Assembly (NCBI RefSeq): GCF_006345805.1
Contig: NC_043008.1
Span: 66,960,001-67,024,000 of the forward strand
From: Octopus sinensis
Taxonomy: Eukaryota
Direction of reading: 5' to 3'
Length of the DNA: 64,000 bases
Under the pieces are notes generated by a model, which worked only from the letters and a program-made list of their open reading frames with translations, was not told the origin of the DNA and did not search any database. Positions 13,250 to 25,950 of the stretch are shown here, piece after piece (within the stretch, counting starts at the first letter, position 1; each line of letters opens with the position of its first letter). The position numbers and the translations under genes are program-made.

Positions 13250-13495
13250 AAGCGCATGGCTCAGTTGTTAGAGCGTCAAGCTTACGATCGTGAGGTTGTG
13301 AGTTCGAATCCTGGACAGGACTGTGTGTTGTGTTCTTGAGCAAGACACTTTATTTCACGTTGCTCCAGTTCACTCAGCTGTAGAAATGGGTTGCGACGTC
13401 ACAAGTGCCAAGCTGTATCTGCTGTTGCCTTTCCCTTGGATAACACTGGTGGCATGGAGAGGGGAGGCCGGTATGCATCGGAGACTGCTGGGGAT
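13250..13495 (+). mobile_element. tRNA-derived SINE family C (CORE/Meta-like central domain, tentative)
   Basis: Has A/B boxes (ggctcagttgttagagc, gagttcgaatcc) followed by ttcttgagcaagacactttatttcacgttgctccagttcactcagctg. Approximate positions of other copies: 3690-3860, 22580-22910, 29950-30220, 31080-31290, 33350-33600, 44660-44930, 49630-49880, 54800-54990, 60430-60680. Confidence 0.75.
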
Positions 13496-14074
13496 CTTTT
13501 CACTTTGACCGGCAGATTTTTAAAATAATTTCTTTGTAACTAAACACTTTTAAACTTTGTATACTGGTAGAATGTGTTACATAAAACATCTTTTTCTCTT
13601 GTCTTTCTTGAGAAAATTCTGTAGTTTGTAAGCTATTTGTTGTTTAATTTCTTGCATTTCGGCAATTTCAACCAATCAATGACGTCTATTGAGGTGAATA
13701 CAATTTCTGTGGTTGTTTGTCAACAACAATTATTTGCGGATATCTTTGTGACCTCTGCAAATTTGCGGATTTTACATACACATATGAAGAAGGTAAGAAC
13801 ATATATGCAAGGCTTTTTGGTGGCATAATTTCTTTATATCTATATTCCACAATACACAAATACGTAAAAACAGAACATGCACACTATCACGGAGGTCATG
13901 AAGATATCCGAAATGAATTGTCGAGTTGACACGGAAACAACCGAGGTATTGTTATAGTTTTGTTATAGATTTGCTTCATCATTGCTGATCCAAAACTAAA
14001 CAACAACATGATATGCAATCTCAAGTGAGTAATTTTTCATGGACAAAATTTGACAATGATGAAGTGTTACTTAC

Positions 14075-14184
14075 GTGTTAAAAATAAATATGTCCGGTAC
14101 CCATAAGAGTTCCGAAGGAACTACAATCATATTTAAACCCTGGTATACTTCAGGTTCCCATTTCAGATTTTCGTCAATCCATTC
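14075..14184 (-). CDS. Internal coding exon (110 nt, phase 0/2) of the same nAChR-like subunit; EWIDENLKWEPEVYQGLNMIVVPSELLWVPDIFIFN(T)
   Basis: Minus strand reads ttttctttatcag|GAA TGG ATT GAC...TGG GTA CCG GAC ATA TTT ATT TTT AAC AC|gtaagt. It carries the W.D..L.W.P..Y.G...WxPDI...N ligand-binding-domain motif and matches the conserved 110-nt nAChR exon. It is in frame with the 45-nt exon across a 2349-nt intron. Confidence 0.96.
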
Positions 14185-16533
14185 CTGATAAAGAAAATAA
14201 AAGAGGAAAAATATAAAATCAGGAAGGAAAAAGAAGCAAAATTGAATTTATTTGGTGCCTTGAGTGTGTAGTCTACTTGGCTATTTACACTTAACTATGC
14301 AATCTAACACTAACCCTAAACCCCAACCCTAGCTTTACTCCTAACCCTAACCCAGGTCAGGTCATTTTATAGTACAGACTATGAATACTGCAGTAGACCG
14401 CACACTAAAATAGCACCGTTTATTTTTAGTCAAAATATTTTTATTCTTTTCTACTCTAGGCACAAGGCCTGAAATTTTGGGGAAAGGGGCCAGTCAATTA
14501 GATTGCCCCCAGTACACAGCTGATACTTAATTTATCGACCCTGAAAGAATGATAAGCAAAGTCGACCTCGGTGAAATTTGAACTCAGAACATAAAGACAG
14601 ATGAAATACTTATTTCTTTACTACCCACAAGGGGTTAAACACAGAGGGGACAAACAAGGACAGACAAATGGATTAAGTCGATTATATCGACCCAAGTGCG
14701 TGACTGGTACTTATTTAATTGACCCTGAAAGGATGAAAGGCAAAGTCGACCTCGGCGGAATTTGAACTCAGAACATAAAGACAGATGAAATACCATTAAG
14801 CATTTCGTCCAAATTGTCCTGTAGATAAGTAAGGAAGCAGTATCCACAAATCCTACAAGTATAGTCTATACGGCAAAAGGTACCACAGTTTCCTTTTTCC
14901 AGGCATGAGGGAAATATTCATGTTGCAACTTAGCCTGCTAAAAGTCGCAACCAAATAACCCTTAAATCACAACTAATCATTTTACAAAAGGAGGGTGGGG
15001 GACACATTAGATAGTGTAGTTAATGAAATACAAGATGACTGAATAAAAGGCAGGATGGTCACATATGGAACATTTTTGATCATGGATTTCTTCAGCCAAG
15101 ACTGACCCAGCTGAGCAATAAGAATAACTTTGTTATTATCATTCATCAACACAATCAACCCATTCAATATCTTCCACCCTATCTCTCTATGATAGTCCCT
15201 TAACTTTTGATGGAGTCAGAAAGGGTGCCACATACAACATGTCCTGGGCATTTTAAACTTGGTGGAGCCAATCCCTGCCCACAACTGACTCCTTAATGAA
15301 AGAAAGGAAGAAGTCTATTTAATTTTTCCTTATTACCCACAAGGGGCTAAACATAGAGGAGACAAACAAGGACAAAGGGATTAAGTTGATTACATCGACC
15401 CCAGTGCATAACTGGTACTTAATTTATTGACCCCAAAAGGATGAAAGGCAAAGTCAACCTCGGTGGAATTTGAACTCACAACGTAGCGGCAGATGAAATA
15501 GCGCTAATCATTTTGCGCGGCATGCTAACGTTTCTGCCAGCTCACCGCTATTTCTGTTCCCCTACTCCTACTTGCCTTTTATCCATTCAGGATAGATGAA
15601 ATAGAGTACCAATCATGTATGGAGGGTCAATGTAATCGACTACTCTCTCCCCAAATGTTGGTTTTGTTCCAAAATTTGAAATATTGTTATTGGTGTTGGT
15701 GTTGTTCTGTAATCATCGGTCAGTCTTAAGCCAGAAGACAAACTTTCCTCTTTATGACACTGACAAATTTAAAGAAAACTATGGAAGGGCAGATTGTAGA
15801 AAAAAAAAAGAAAATAATCCTGACTGAAACACCTTAGATCTTGGGTCTGACTGACTTTGTACCAAGCAAGCACAGGCTTCATTTCTCAAATATGAACATG
15901 GAAAAGATTCTGGCCTTTGTTCTATTATAATTAAGTGTCATTAAAATCAAATGTTATTAAAATCAAATCACACATTTATAATTAAAAATAAATATTCATA
16001 ATTGAAAGTAAATATTATCCAGAAGCAATGATGTGCACCTAAACTTTGTAAGATAATGCATTCCTGTTATTCTAGTAAAACTTCTAACTGCACTTGAAAC
16101 CAAAGCATACTATAGGATACTATACTGAACGTTAATGTTTTACATGAAAAATCATAATTAAGCATGTCATATATATATATATATAGGGAGAGTTTACGAA
16201 AAAACAAAAGACGAAGATAGGTGGTGTACAAAACAAACAGATGTATTAGTATAACGCTCAGGAATAGAAAAAGTCTTTTACGTTTCAAGCCTATGCTCTT
16301 CTACAGAAAGGGATACGGAAAAAACAAGGAGAGAAAAAAATGTGTGTAGTGGCTAATGCAAAATATCTATCTATCTGTCTAGCTAGCTATATATATATAT
16401 ATATAATGATTACACTGACATACTAAAACCCATAGAATATGCAATAGAAAGTAAATTAAAAACTATTAGCTCTTCAAGAAACTAACTATTGGCTATTGGA
16501 ATTTATGTAGCAAAAAAAACAAAAATTATTTAC

Positions 16534-16578
16534 CTCATAAATCCATACCGCTGTTGTTAGAACTTGGTTTTTCTCGTC
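16534..16578 (-). CDS. Internal coding exon (45 nt, phase 0/0) of a nicotinic acetylcholine receptor-like Cys-loop channel subunit; DEKNQVLTTAVWIYE
   Basis: Minus strand reads tttgttttcag|GAC GAG AAA AAC CAA GTT CTA ACA ACA GCG GTA TGG ATT TAT GAG|gtaaat. It has canonical AG/GT ends and the DEKNQ.LTT..W motif, and matches the conserved 45-nt exon of nAChR genes (e.g. CHRNA7 exon 3). Confidence 0.95.
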
Positions 16579-16794
16579 CTGAAAACAAATTTAAAACATG
16601 AAAATTTAAATGTATAGAAAAATATACAAGATTTGGAAATGTGAGGTAAAATTCAAAAATACATATACATCTTTCCCTCCAGCATGACAACAGCTGCATG
16701 GCTGAAATGCTTAAAAAAATAGAATATGATAAGAAATTAATACAGTAGCAGCTGAGTATAGGATGACTTCTATAATTCTTCTTCTATTATTCAA

Positions 16795-17010
16795 TGAGTA
16801 GGCCTCTATGTGGTCAGTCGACCTGCTGGAAATAGCAGCTGAATCTCCCATAAGGCACATTCTGCCAGCTTAAAAAGAAGAGTATGTTAAATAATGTAGT
16901 CTTGGTACAGTATATCGCAACAGAAAAACACAGGATGGTCATGAGTGGAATACTTTTGATCAGAGATTTAACTGATGTAGGCTGACATAGGATCAAGCAA
17001 TAAAAACATT
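16795..17010 (+). repeat. Interspersed repeat family D (SINE/LINE-tail-like)
   Basis: Related copies at about 14810-15130 (-), 43280-43450 (+) and 43470-43680 (+). Confidence 0.55.
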
Positions 17011-20000
17011 GAGTTCTTTTAGTATTATTCATTTACGTGATTCACTGATTGGACTGTGGTCATGCTGGGGCACCACCTTGAAGGGTTTAATCAAACAAAT
17101 TGCCCCTAGTACTTATTCTATCAGTATCTTTTGTTGAGTTATTAAGTTATGGGAATGTAAACAAACCAACACCGTTGTAAGGTGCTGTGGGGGAAAACAC
17201 AAAGACATACTTGCATTCACACAAACACAAACACATATACACACACAATGGGCCTTCATACAGTTTTTGTTTACCAAATTCATTCATGTGGCGTTGACTG
17301 ATCCACAACTGTAGGTGAACACACTTTCCCAAGATGCTGAACCCAAAGCACTGAGGTTGCAAAATTAATTTCTTAACCACACAGCCATGCTCCCAGCTAT
17401 ATGTCTACAGTATATCTGGAAGAAATGTTTTAACCATTGTTGCTCAAACACTTCCTTTTTGATCTTGTAAAATCATCAATGCCTGAAGTGAAGAAAATTT
17501 TTTTGTTTTCTCCTCTTGGCTATATTAATCTCAGATATGAAGGATAGAATTGCCAGAAAATCTAATTAAAAATTAGATTTTAATGACACTTAATTATAAT
17601 AGAACAAAGGCCAGAATATTTTCCACGTTCATATCTGGCCGAAATAAGATTAAGATTAATGTAAAAAATAAATAACGCTGAAGCAAAGTAACACCAAATA
17701 TATAGTGCGTGTGTTTTTATTGGCTAAACTGGCAAAATGACCATTCCTAAATACAACAATAACTTTAAGAATTACTATTGTAGAATTGGCGAGAAAGGAA
17801 CTTTGGACAATGGGCTTCACTGGCAAGTGACAAGGGACTGGGAGATGTGGTTATTTGCTGTACTTGGTAAGATGCATCATGCTAAGTAAAATTGCTATCA
17901 TCCACACATACAGGCTTGTCCTTCAGGTGCCAGTGCTACTTAAGAAGTACTTCTGCTGGTGCTACATTAAAACACCTGTGCTGGGGCTACATTAATGCAC
18001 CTGTGCTGGTGCTACATAAATGCACCCATGCCAGTAGCATGTAAAAAGCACCCAGCACACTCTGTTAAGTGGTTGGATTTAGGAAGGGCATCCAACCACA
18101 GAAACCTTGCCAAAATAGACAGTTGGAGTCTGAACAGCTCCATGTCAAACTGTCCAAGCTATGCCAGTATGGAAAGATGATGCTAAACGATGATGATGAA
18201 CATCCACTTCGGCTATGGCTATTTCTTTCTAATGAATAAATAGAACAAGAGCTGATCAAGTTTACTAAAAACTTATCCATTTTATAGTATTATCTTCAGT
18301 CACTTAAAGCAACAGTCCCCAACATTTTTTGCACAGTAAACCAATTTTTAACAAGACAATTTTTCCATGGACTGTATAATCACATGCATAACAAAATCAC
18401 AATAGAGTGCATAATACTCTTTTACTCGTTTCAGTTATTTGACTGCGGCCATGCTGGAGCACCACCTTTTAGTCGAGCAAATCGACCCCAGAACTTATTC
18501 TTTGGAAGCCTAGTACTTATTCTATTGGTTCCTTTTGCCAAACCGCTAAGTTACGGGGACATAAACACACCAGCATCGGTTATCAAGCGATGTTGGGGGG
18601 ACAAACATATACACACACATACATATATATATATATACGATGGGCTTCTTTCAGTTTCCATTGACCAAATCCACTTACAAGGCTTTGGTCGGCCCGAGGC
18701 TATAGTAAAAGACACTTGCTCAAGGTGCCACGCAGTGGGACTGAACCCGGAACCATGTTGGTAAGCAAGCTACTTACCACACAGCCACTCCTGCACCTAT
18801 ATAATTTACATATATTACATAAATATTACCTAAATAATGTGGAAACATCCTGCAGTCTGTGATAGTCAATAAAACAAATAAAATTTTAAACTCTATTCTT
18901 TTTGTGTGGCCCAGTGATTTGAGAGCCCTGGTTTAGAGTATAAAATTGTTCCAAGCAAACAACTATGGTTGTTTACATATGGCAAGGTAAGCTGAACGAT
19001 TTGAGGAACTAAATGATTTGGCTTCATACCCATTTAGATTTTCTGATAGTCTTCACAGATTGCCAAACTGATAAATTTGGCAATTTGTGAAGTATATCGG
19101 AAAGATGTAAATATTCCATCACTATTTCATGGAGGTTTCACTAAACGAAAAATTAAGTGTAAACATGAAATGAGGCTAAATGAAAAACATTAACAATGCG
19201 ATATCTTTGAAGGCTTATAAGATTGATTGATTCAAATAGTGGTTTTTGATTATGTAATGCAGAAAGGTAGGTGATAAAGTGATAGCAAAACAACTCTGTA
19301 ACACACGTTCAATTCCTGGTTTGTTCAATTTCATTTCACTTACAGAACTATATTTGAGAAAAGAATAAACATCTTAAATTCATATCAGTCAACCTCAAAG
19401 CTCTGTGTCAATTCACATCCACCCACATCTAATGTTCTAAAATTTAGTGTTTATTTTCTTTTATCACCTATTTACGAGCAATTGTGTGCTGTGTCTTGGC
19501 CCAAATACTACTGTTGGCTTAAATTTTCTTCTCTCTGAAACTCTGATAAAATTGCACCGGTAATATACTGAGAATTGACAGAGTCGAATTCATTCAACTA
19601 TGTCACTGCCACCTAAAAAAGGGAAATGTATATGTGGCAGTGCTAACTTCATTTTCCAACACTATTACTATGCTAAAATTTCCAGAATTTGAGAGAACCA
19701 GATATTTAAATAGTGAAAGGACCAAGTTAGGGTTGGTGGTAGTACAACTGTGTAAAAATGATGTATAACGACAAATACATACTCACTAAAGTAAACATGG
19801 ATTTGTTCCTCCAGTTATACATACATTTACAAGTGGCTAACTAAATACATGTGCCATCAAAGTCACTGCGCCATCATCTATAGATTCCAGATCCAAGTGA
19901 ATTGAAAGTTCTGCATTAGGTGATCTCTTTTACTTGTTACAGTTATTTGACTGCGGCCATGCTGGAGCACTGCCTTTAGTCTAGCCAGGACTTATTCTTT

Positions 20001-20109
20001 GTAAGTCTAGTACTTATTCTATCGGTCTCTTTTGCCGAACCGCTAAGTTACGGGGACGTACACACACCAGCATCGGTTGTCAAGCAATGTTGGGAGGACA
20101 AACACAGAC

Positions 20110-20142
<33 letters not shown>

Positions 20143-20267
20143 TATATATGACAGGCTTCTTTCAGTTTCCGTCTACCAAATCCACTCAGTAGGACTGAAC
20201 CCGGAACCATGTGGTTGGTAAGCAAGCTACTTACTACACAGCCACTCCAGCACTTATAATCATTCAG

Positions 20268-20530
20268 TAATAACAACAGATGGAGATTCTGATTTACTAC
20301 AGCTGTTTCAAATGTGTTTTTTATTGATGAACAGAAGTATTACATCAGAATTTGGGTCGATGAAGTCATCTGGTACTATATACTTCTTCCTGAAAAGTTC
20401 TATATGCTGATTCTTACCTGTATTCACCCAATGAAAATGTTTTTATTTGTATGATGTAACACTACTGTTCATCAATAAAAAACACACCTGAAACAGCTGT
20501 AGTGAACCACAATCCATCTGTTATTATTTA
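20268..20530. mobile_element. Foldback element with decayed HHR in its arm
   Basis: Arms 20268-20346 and 20452-20530 are inverted. The right side reads ttcac-CCAATGA-[long stem II]-TGAAACAGCTGTA^gtgaa. Confidence 0.65.
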
Positions 20531-20770
20531 TTCTTCACCTATATGTGTATACATATATGTATGCCTTACTTAAAATGTCTAATCACACCGTCATGCCCTT
20601 TACCTTCTCTCTCTCTCTCACTCTTTCCCTCTCTCACTCTCTTTCTCATACACACACTCACTCTCACTCTAAATCTATCTTTGTCCCTGTCCCTTTTTTC
20701 ATATACATGGTATGTGTACATATATATTTATATATGTGTGTGTGTGTGCGTGTGTGTATGTGTGTGTGTG

Positions 20771-20817
<47 letters not shown>

Positions 20818-21540
20818 GAGATAGATATGTAAGTATATATCTGTGCATACATATATAATTATGTGTGTGTGTTGTGTTTGTGTACTCATCTGTATGTATA
20901 CACATATAAGCGCATGGTTAATAAATTCATTATGGTGTATACATATTTGCATATTTCAGCAAATTTATCAAGAAACTCACTACATACATGTGTGTTTGCA
21001 TATGTTTATGTGTGTGTGTGTGTTTATATGTGCATGTGTGCATGTTTTTGTATGTGTGTGTGTATATGTATGCATAGTGTGTTTGCATGCATGTGTGTGT
21101 GTATGTGTGTGTGTGTGGTGTGTGTGTGTGTGCGGAGAAAGAAAACAGAATAAAAACGAAAGAGAGAATGTATAATCATTGTGTGTGTATACATTGAGTT
21201 GATATTATTTGAATGTAACATCAGTGTATAATTGCAGCACATTATAGTTCGAAGATGTCTGACCCATTTCAAAGAAAGAACACGTTAAATTTCTTTGAAT
21301 AAGTCAATAAGTAGTTTGATGTTGCGAAATTTAAGATAAAACACACTTAGTCTGAAGGCTTCCATCTCCATTTCCTAGTTTCTCTTCTGGAAGACTAGCA
21401 GGAAATATCAAAATGGCATCCTTTAGAACTTTTTACTTAATGTAAGAATGTAAAACCGCAAAATATATTTAGTCTCTCTCATAAAGAAGAAGAAAATATG
21501 TAACTTATAAAAGATATCATCTTACACAAATTTTCTTGCA

Positions 21541-21700
21541 ATCATCATCATTATTACTATTATTATTATCATTATCATCATTATTATTATTATTATTATC
21601 ATTATCATCATCATTATTATTATTATTATTATTGTTATTATTATTGTTATTATTGTTATTATTATTATTATTGTTATTATTATTATTATTGTTATTGTTG

Positions 21701-21731
<31 letters not shown>

Positions 21732-21825
21732 ATTGTTATTATTATTATTATTATTGTTATTATTATTATTATTATTGTTATTATTATTATTATTATTATT
21801 GTTATTATTATTATTATTGTTATTG

Positions 21826-21863
<38 letters not shown>

Positions 21864-21895
21864 GTTATTATTGTTATTATTATTATTAATTTTTA
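21541..21895. repeat. Long (ATT/GTT/ATC)n trinucleotide array
   Basis: Directly visible; it is the source of the poly-N/L/Y ORFs in the track. Confidence 0.95.
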
Positions 21896-24539
21896 TTGTT
21901 GTTATTATCATTAATGGTGAAGGTGGTGGTATTGTTGTAATGAAGAATAAGGAACATATCAATATTTTCCTTTGTTATATCACCAGATCTAGAAAAAAAT
22001 TCCAGTTCCATGTTGAATAACGTATTATAAAAGTTCAAGGTTAGACTAGATATTTACAAATCATCTTATTCGAATGTGTCAAGAAATTTCTTAGGCTTAT
22101 ATTCATTATTAGAATCTTGATGCTGCTGTTGTTGTCTTTACAGAAGTGATTATGATACCATTGTTGCTGCACCGATTACAAACACAATGACTAGAATTTT
22201 TTTTTCTTTTCTCCTTCCGTGCAATAAAGATTTGATTCTAATTCAGTTGCCATGTCGATGTAATTGATTTGCTTCTTAACTCAGTTCTCCATTGTTATGC
22301 AAATTATTTATTTCTTCAGATCTTGCATGCATCCACTCTTTATTATTTCACTACGGAAATTGTTATTGTCCATTGAATCACTCCAGAGTATTACTGTACT
22401 TAATGTCTCAGCTATGATGAAAGGCAAAGAAAAACCAAATGTCCCAATGCAGCGGTCCCCAACCTTTTCTGGCAGCATGACTAGTTTCATGCAAGACAAT
22501 TTTTCCAAAGACCATGGAATCATGAGCTTAACAAAACACAATAAAGTGCATAACATATAAATTATTACATATATAATACATATATATGGTATGGCTCAGT
22601 GGTTAAGGCATCAAGCTCACAATAACAAAGTAGCAAATTCAATTCCTGGACTGGGTTATGTGTTGTGTTCTTGAGCAAGACACTTTATTTCACATTGCTC
22701 CAGTTCATTCATCTGTAGAAATGAGTTGCAACGTCACTGGTGCCAAGCTCTATCAGCCTTTGCCTCTCCCTTAGATCACATTGGGGGTGTGGAGATGGGA
22801 AGCTGGTATGCATGGGTGAGTGCTGGTCTTCCATAAACAACCCAAGGGGAACCATCTAAGTGCAATCCAATGGTCATTCATGACTGAAGGAGGTTTTTAC
22901 CCTTTACTCTTTATATAATACATATATTACATATATATAATGCAAAAACATCCTGTAGACTGTGACAGTCAATAAAATAGAAATAAATTTTTAAGTTACG
23001 TGTTGGTGAACATAAAAGGCACCCACTACACTTTTGGAGTGGTTGGCATTAGGAAGGGCGTTCAGCTGTAGAAACCAAGCTAAATCAGACTGGAACTTGG
23101 TATAGCTCTCTGGCTTACCAGTTCCAGTGAAACTGTCTAACCCATGCCAGCATGGAAAGCAGAATCATTACTGTGCTGGGCAAAATGCTTTGTGGCATTT
23201 CGTCTACCTTTACATTCTGAGTTCAAATCCTGCTGAGATTGGTTTCACCTTTCATCCTTTCGGGGTTGATAAATTAAGTACCAGTCAAGTAGTGGGGTTG
23301 ATGTGATCAACTATCCCACCTCCTCCCAAATTTCAGGCTCTCTGCCTATAGAAGAAAGGATTATTATTATTATTGTTGTTGTTGTTGTTGTTGGGAGTTG
23401 GCAGAATCATTAGCATGCCAGACAAAATGCTTAGTGGTATTTCATCCATCAGATTCTGCCGAGGTCAACTTTACCCCTCTTCTTGATAAAATAAGTACCA
23501 GGGGATCATTGGGACTGATGCAATTGACTTGCCCCCTTCCCTCAAATTTCAGGCCATGAGCCAATAATATAAAGAATTACTATCATTATTATTATCATCA
23601 TCATCACTAGGTAGTGAGCTGACAGAATCATTAGAGTGCAGAAAGAATGTCTTGCTGTCTTTGTTTCAGCTTTTTAAGATCTGGGTTCAAACACCACTGA
23701 GGTCAATTTTGCCTTTTAATTTCCCAGGTGGAAAGAACTGAACCAATGGTTTTAATTAACACATCACCTTTGAAAATTCCAAGTTTTCAGCCAAAATTTA
23801 GAATGACCATTATTAGTGCCAGTGCCACATGAAAAGCACCCATTTCAGTGCCACACAAAGAGCATCCATGTTGGTGCCACATAAAAGACACCTGTGCTGG
23901 TGTCATGTAATAGCACTGGTGCTGGTGCCACATAAAAAGCACCCAGTACACTCTGTGAAGTTATTGGCATTAGGAAAGGCATCCAGCCATAGAAACCATG
24001 CCAGAACAGACAACTGGAGCCTGGTGTAGCTCTGTCTGGCCAGCTTCTGTCAAACCATCCAACCCATGTCAGCATGGAAAATGGATGTTGAATGATGATG
24101 ACGATGAGGAGGATATTGTAGTAGGATATAATATAAAAGTATACTCTGTGATAATGTAGCAAGAGTTACAGAAAATACCCAGGTTAACAAAATTCCTGGT
24201 TGTTTTTCTCAGTGTTTATCATATAATGACTTGTTTAAACCAATTGGTGCTGCTTTTCCTGACCAACTTTACTCAGGGCTACATTGTACCAAGGCAAAAT
24301 ATAGCTTGTTATCTTCATATCTGGCTTTAACCAATTCTTTGGTAGGTACTATAAATCATAAAACTGACTCTGAAGATGCAGTAATGATTCCAATAATGTT
24401 TAAATAATGTTTTCAAAAAGCAATTTTAAAAATTCTTTTAAAGTATTCATTCTTTAGTTTTTATTTTCACACAATATTTGCCTTCATTTATGCCTGAATG
24501 CTTTTCAAATTGAAAATTATTCAGGTTATTATTATTTTA

Positions 24540-25780
24540 TTTCTGTTTCAAGCTGAAAATTATATATGTAGCTTTATATTCCTTTTGTTGTGTCAAAACT
24601 TTTGTTGTGTCAAAGTTTTCAACATTTGCTGAGATATAATAACATTTTAATGTTCTCAATAAAATTACATGGCTACTGAAGAGAACATATAAGTTGTAGA
24701 CCATTTGCTTCATAGATTTCCAGATTATTCTTGGGAAAATTAAGACAGATGAGAATATAATTCCTATTGATGCCAATGTAAGCACATCTAAGATGGCATT
24801 TTTGGCAGCCAACTTAAACATAAAACACCATAGTAAAAAAAAAAACCCTCAAAAACTAGATGCATTATCATCGCCAAATACCCATATTAGATATTTTCTC
24901 CCAATCCTGGAATTCACAACCATGAAGATACTGAAACAAATTGTCAGCCAGTTCTTCATTGTTATAAAGAAATTCCCTGCAATACATTGACAAAATCGTG
25001 AATTTCCAGTTATTTGGTAAGCCAACCTTATGAATCAAATATTCTATTATAGTGACTTGTAAATTTATTTCATCCGCTTCCATTTTGTTGATAAGATATT
25101 CTACAGTTTCTCCATAAATATTTGTCAGGTACAGGTGTGGCTCTGTGGTAATATAAGTTTACTTCCCGACCACTTTGTCTTGGATTCAGTCCCACATTGG
25201 GCAAGTGTATCTTCTAATTAAGCTCCAGGCCAATCAAAGCCATGTGAGTGGATCTGGTAAATGGAAACTGAAAGAAATCATACACACACACATACATATT
25301 ATTATCTCAACTAACACTTCAGAATTCCTGACATAGAGCCAGAGAAACTATATCCCAATTGTGGATGACAAACTCTGAATGTGCTTTACTCAACACACTA
25401 ATTAGTCCAACGAATGAATGAATGTATGTATGTGTGTCTGTATGTATACGTGTGTGTGTGTGTGTGTGTATGCATATATGTATGTATATGTGTGTATTAC
25501 AGTCTCCTTGCCTTGATTTTACATAATACTTGTAAACGAATTCCACCATCATGCAAATGGTGTCCTTTGCTTCCAATCCAGGCAATGATTGACAACGATC
25601 CCTCCAAGTGAATCAAGCCCATCGCCAGGGACACAGGAGTGTCTGAATTTCTTCTCAGGCAGGTAGTGCACAAATACATTTGGTCTTCCTCATACAAGAT
25701 GAGAAAGGGCCAATTTTTATCCCAAGCCACCAAGTGAATCAAGCCCATTGCCAGGGACACAGGAGTGTCTGTTAACAGTT
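24540..25780 (-). pseudogene. Possible decayed ankyrin-repeat-like coding remnant
   Basis: Interrupted frames read DTPVSLAMGLIHL (twice, 126-nt period), HNWDIVSL, VEYLINKMEADEINLQ and LAAKNAILDVL. They are broken by a SINE, a microsatellite and stops. Confidence 0.3.
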
Positions 25781-25950
25781 GTTTTTAATACTTTTCTTGC
25801 TGTATTGCATGTTTGTTTCTTTTTTGCATCAATGATTTTATTTTTGCTCTTCTATATAAATGAATATATTTCCCTCATTTTGCTGCTTTTCTTTTTACAA
25901 AATGAGAAGATACATTGCGGAACTGTTATTTTAACGAGTTGCCTCTATTT

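Noticed and set aside
13250-13325. tRNA gene
   Set aside because: It is the tRNA-like head of a SINE that continues into the SINE body, and there is no complete cloverleaf. The same applies to the other SINE heads.
19342-19430. Minus-strand exon candidate with gtaagt donor
   Set aside because: There are stops in all frames from the acceptor and no nAChR motif.
21522-22020. Poly-N/poly-L/poly-Y ORFs
   Set aside because: They are trinucleotide microsatellite read-through.
25604-25771. CRISPR-like or LTR-like direct repeats
   Set aside because: There are only two copies in eukaryotic DNA and no TG..CA termini; it is better explained as an internal duplication.
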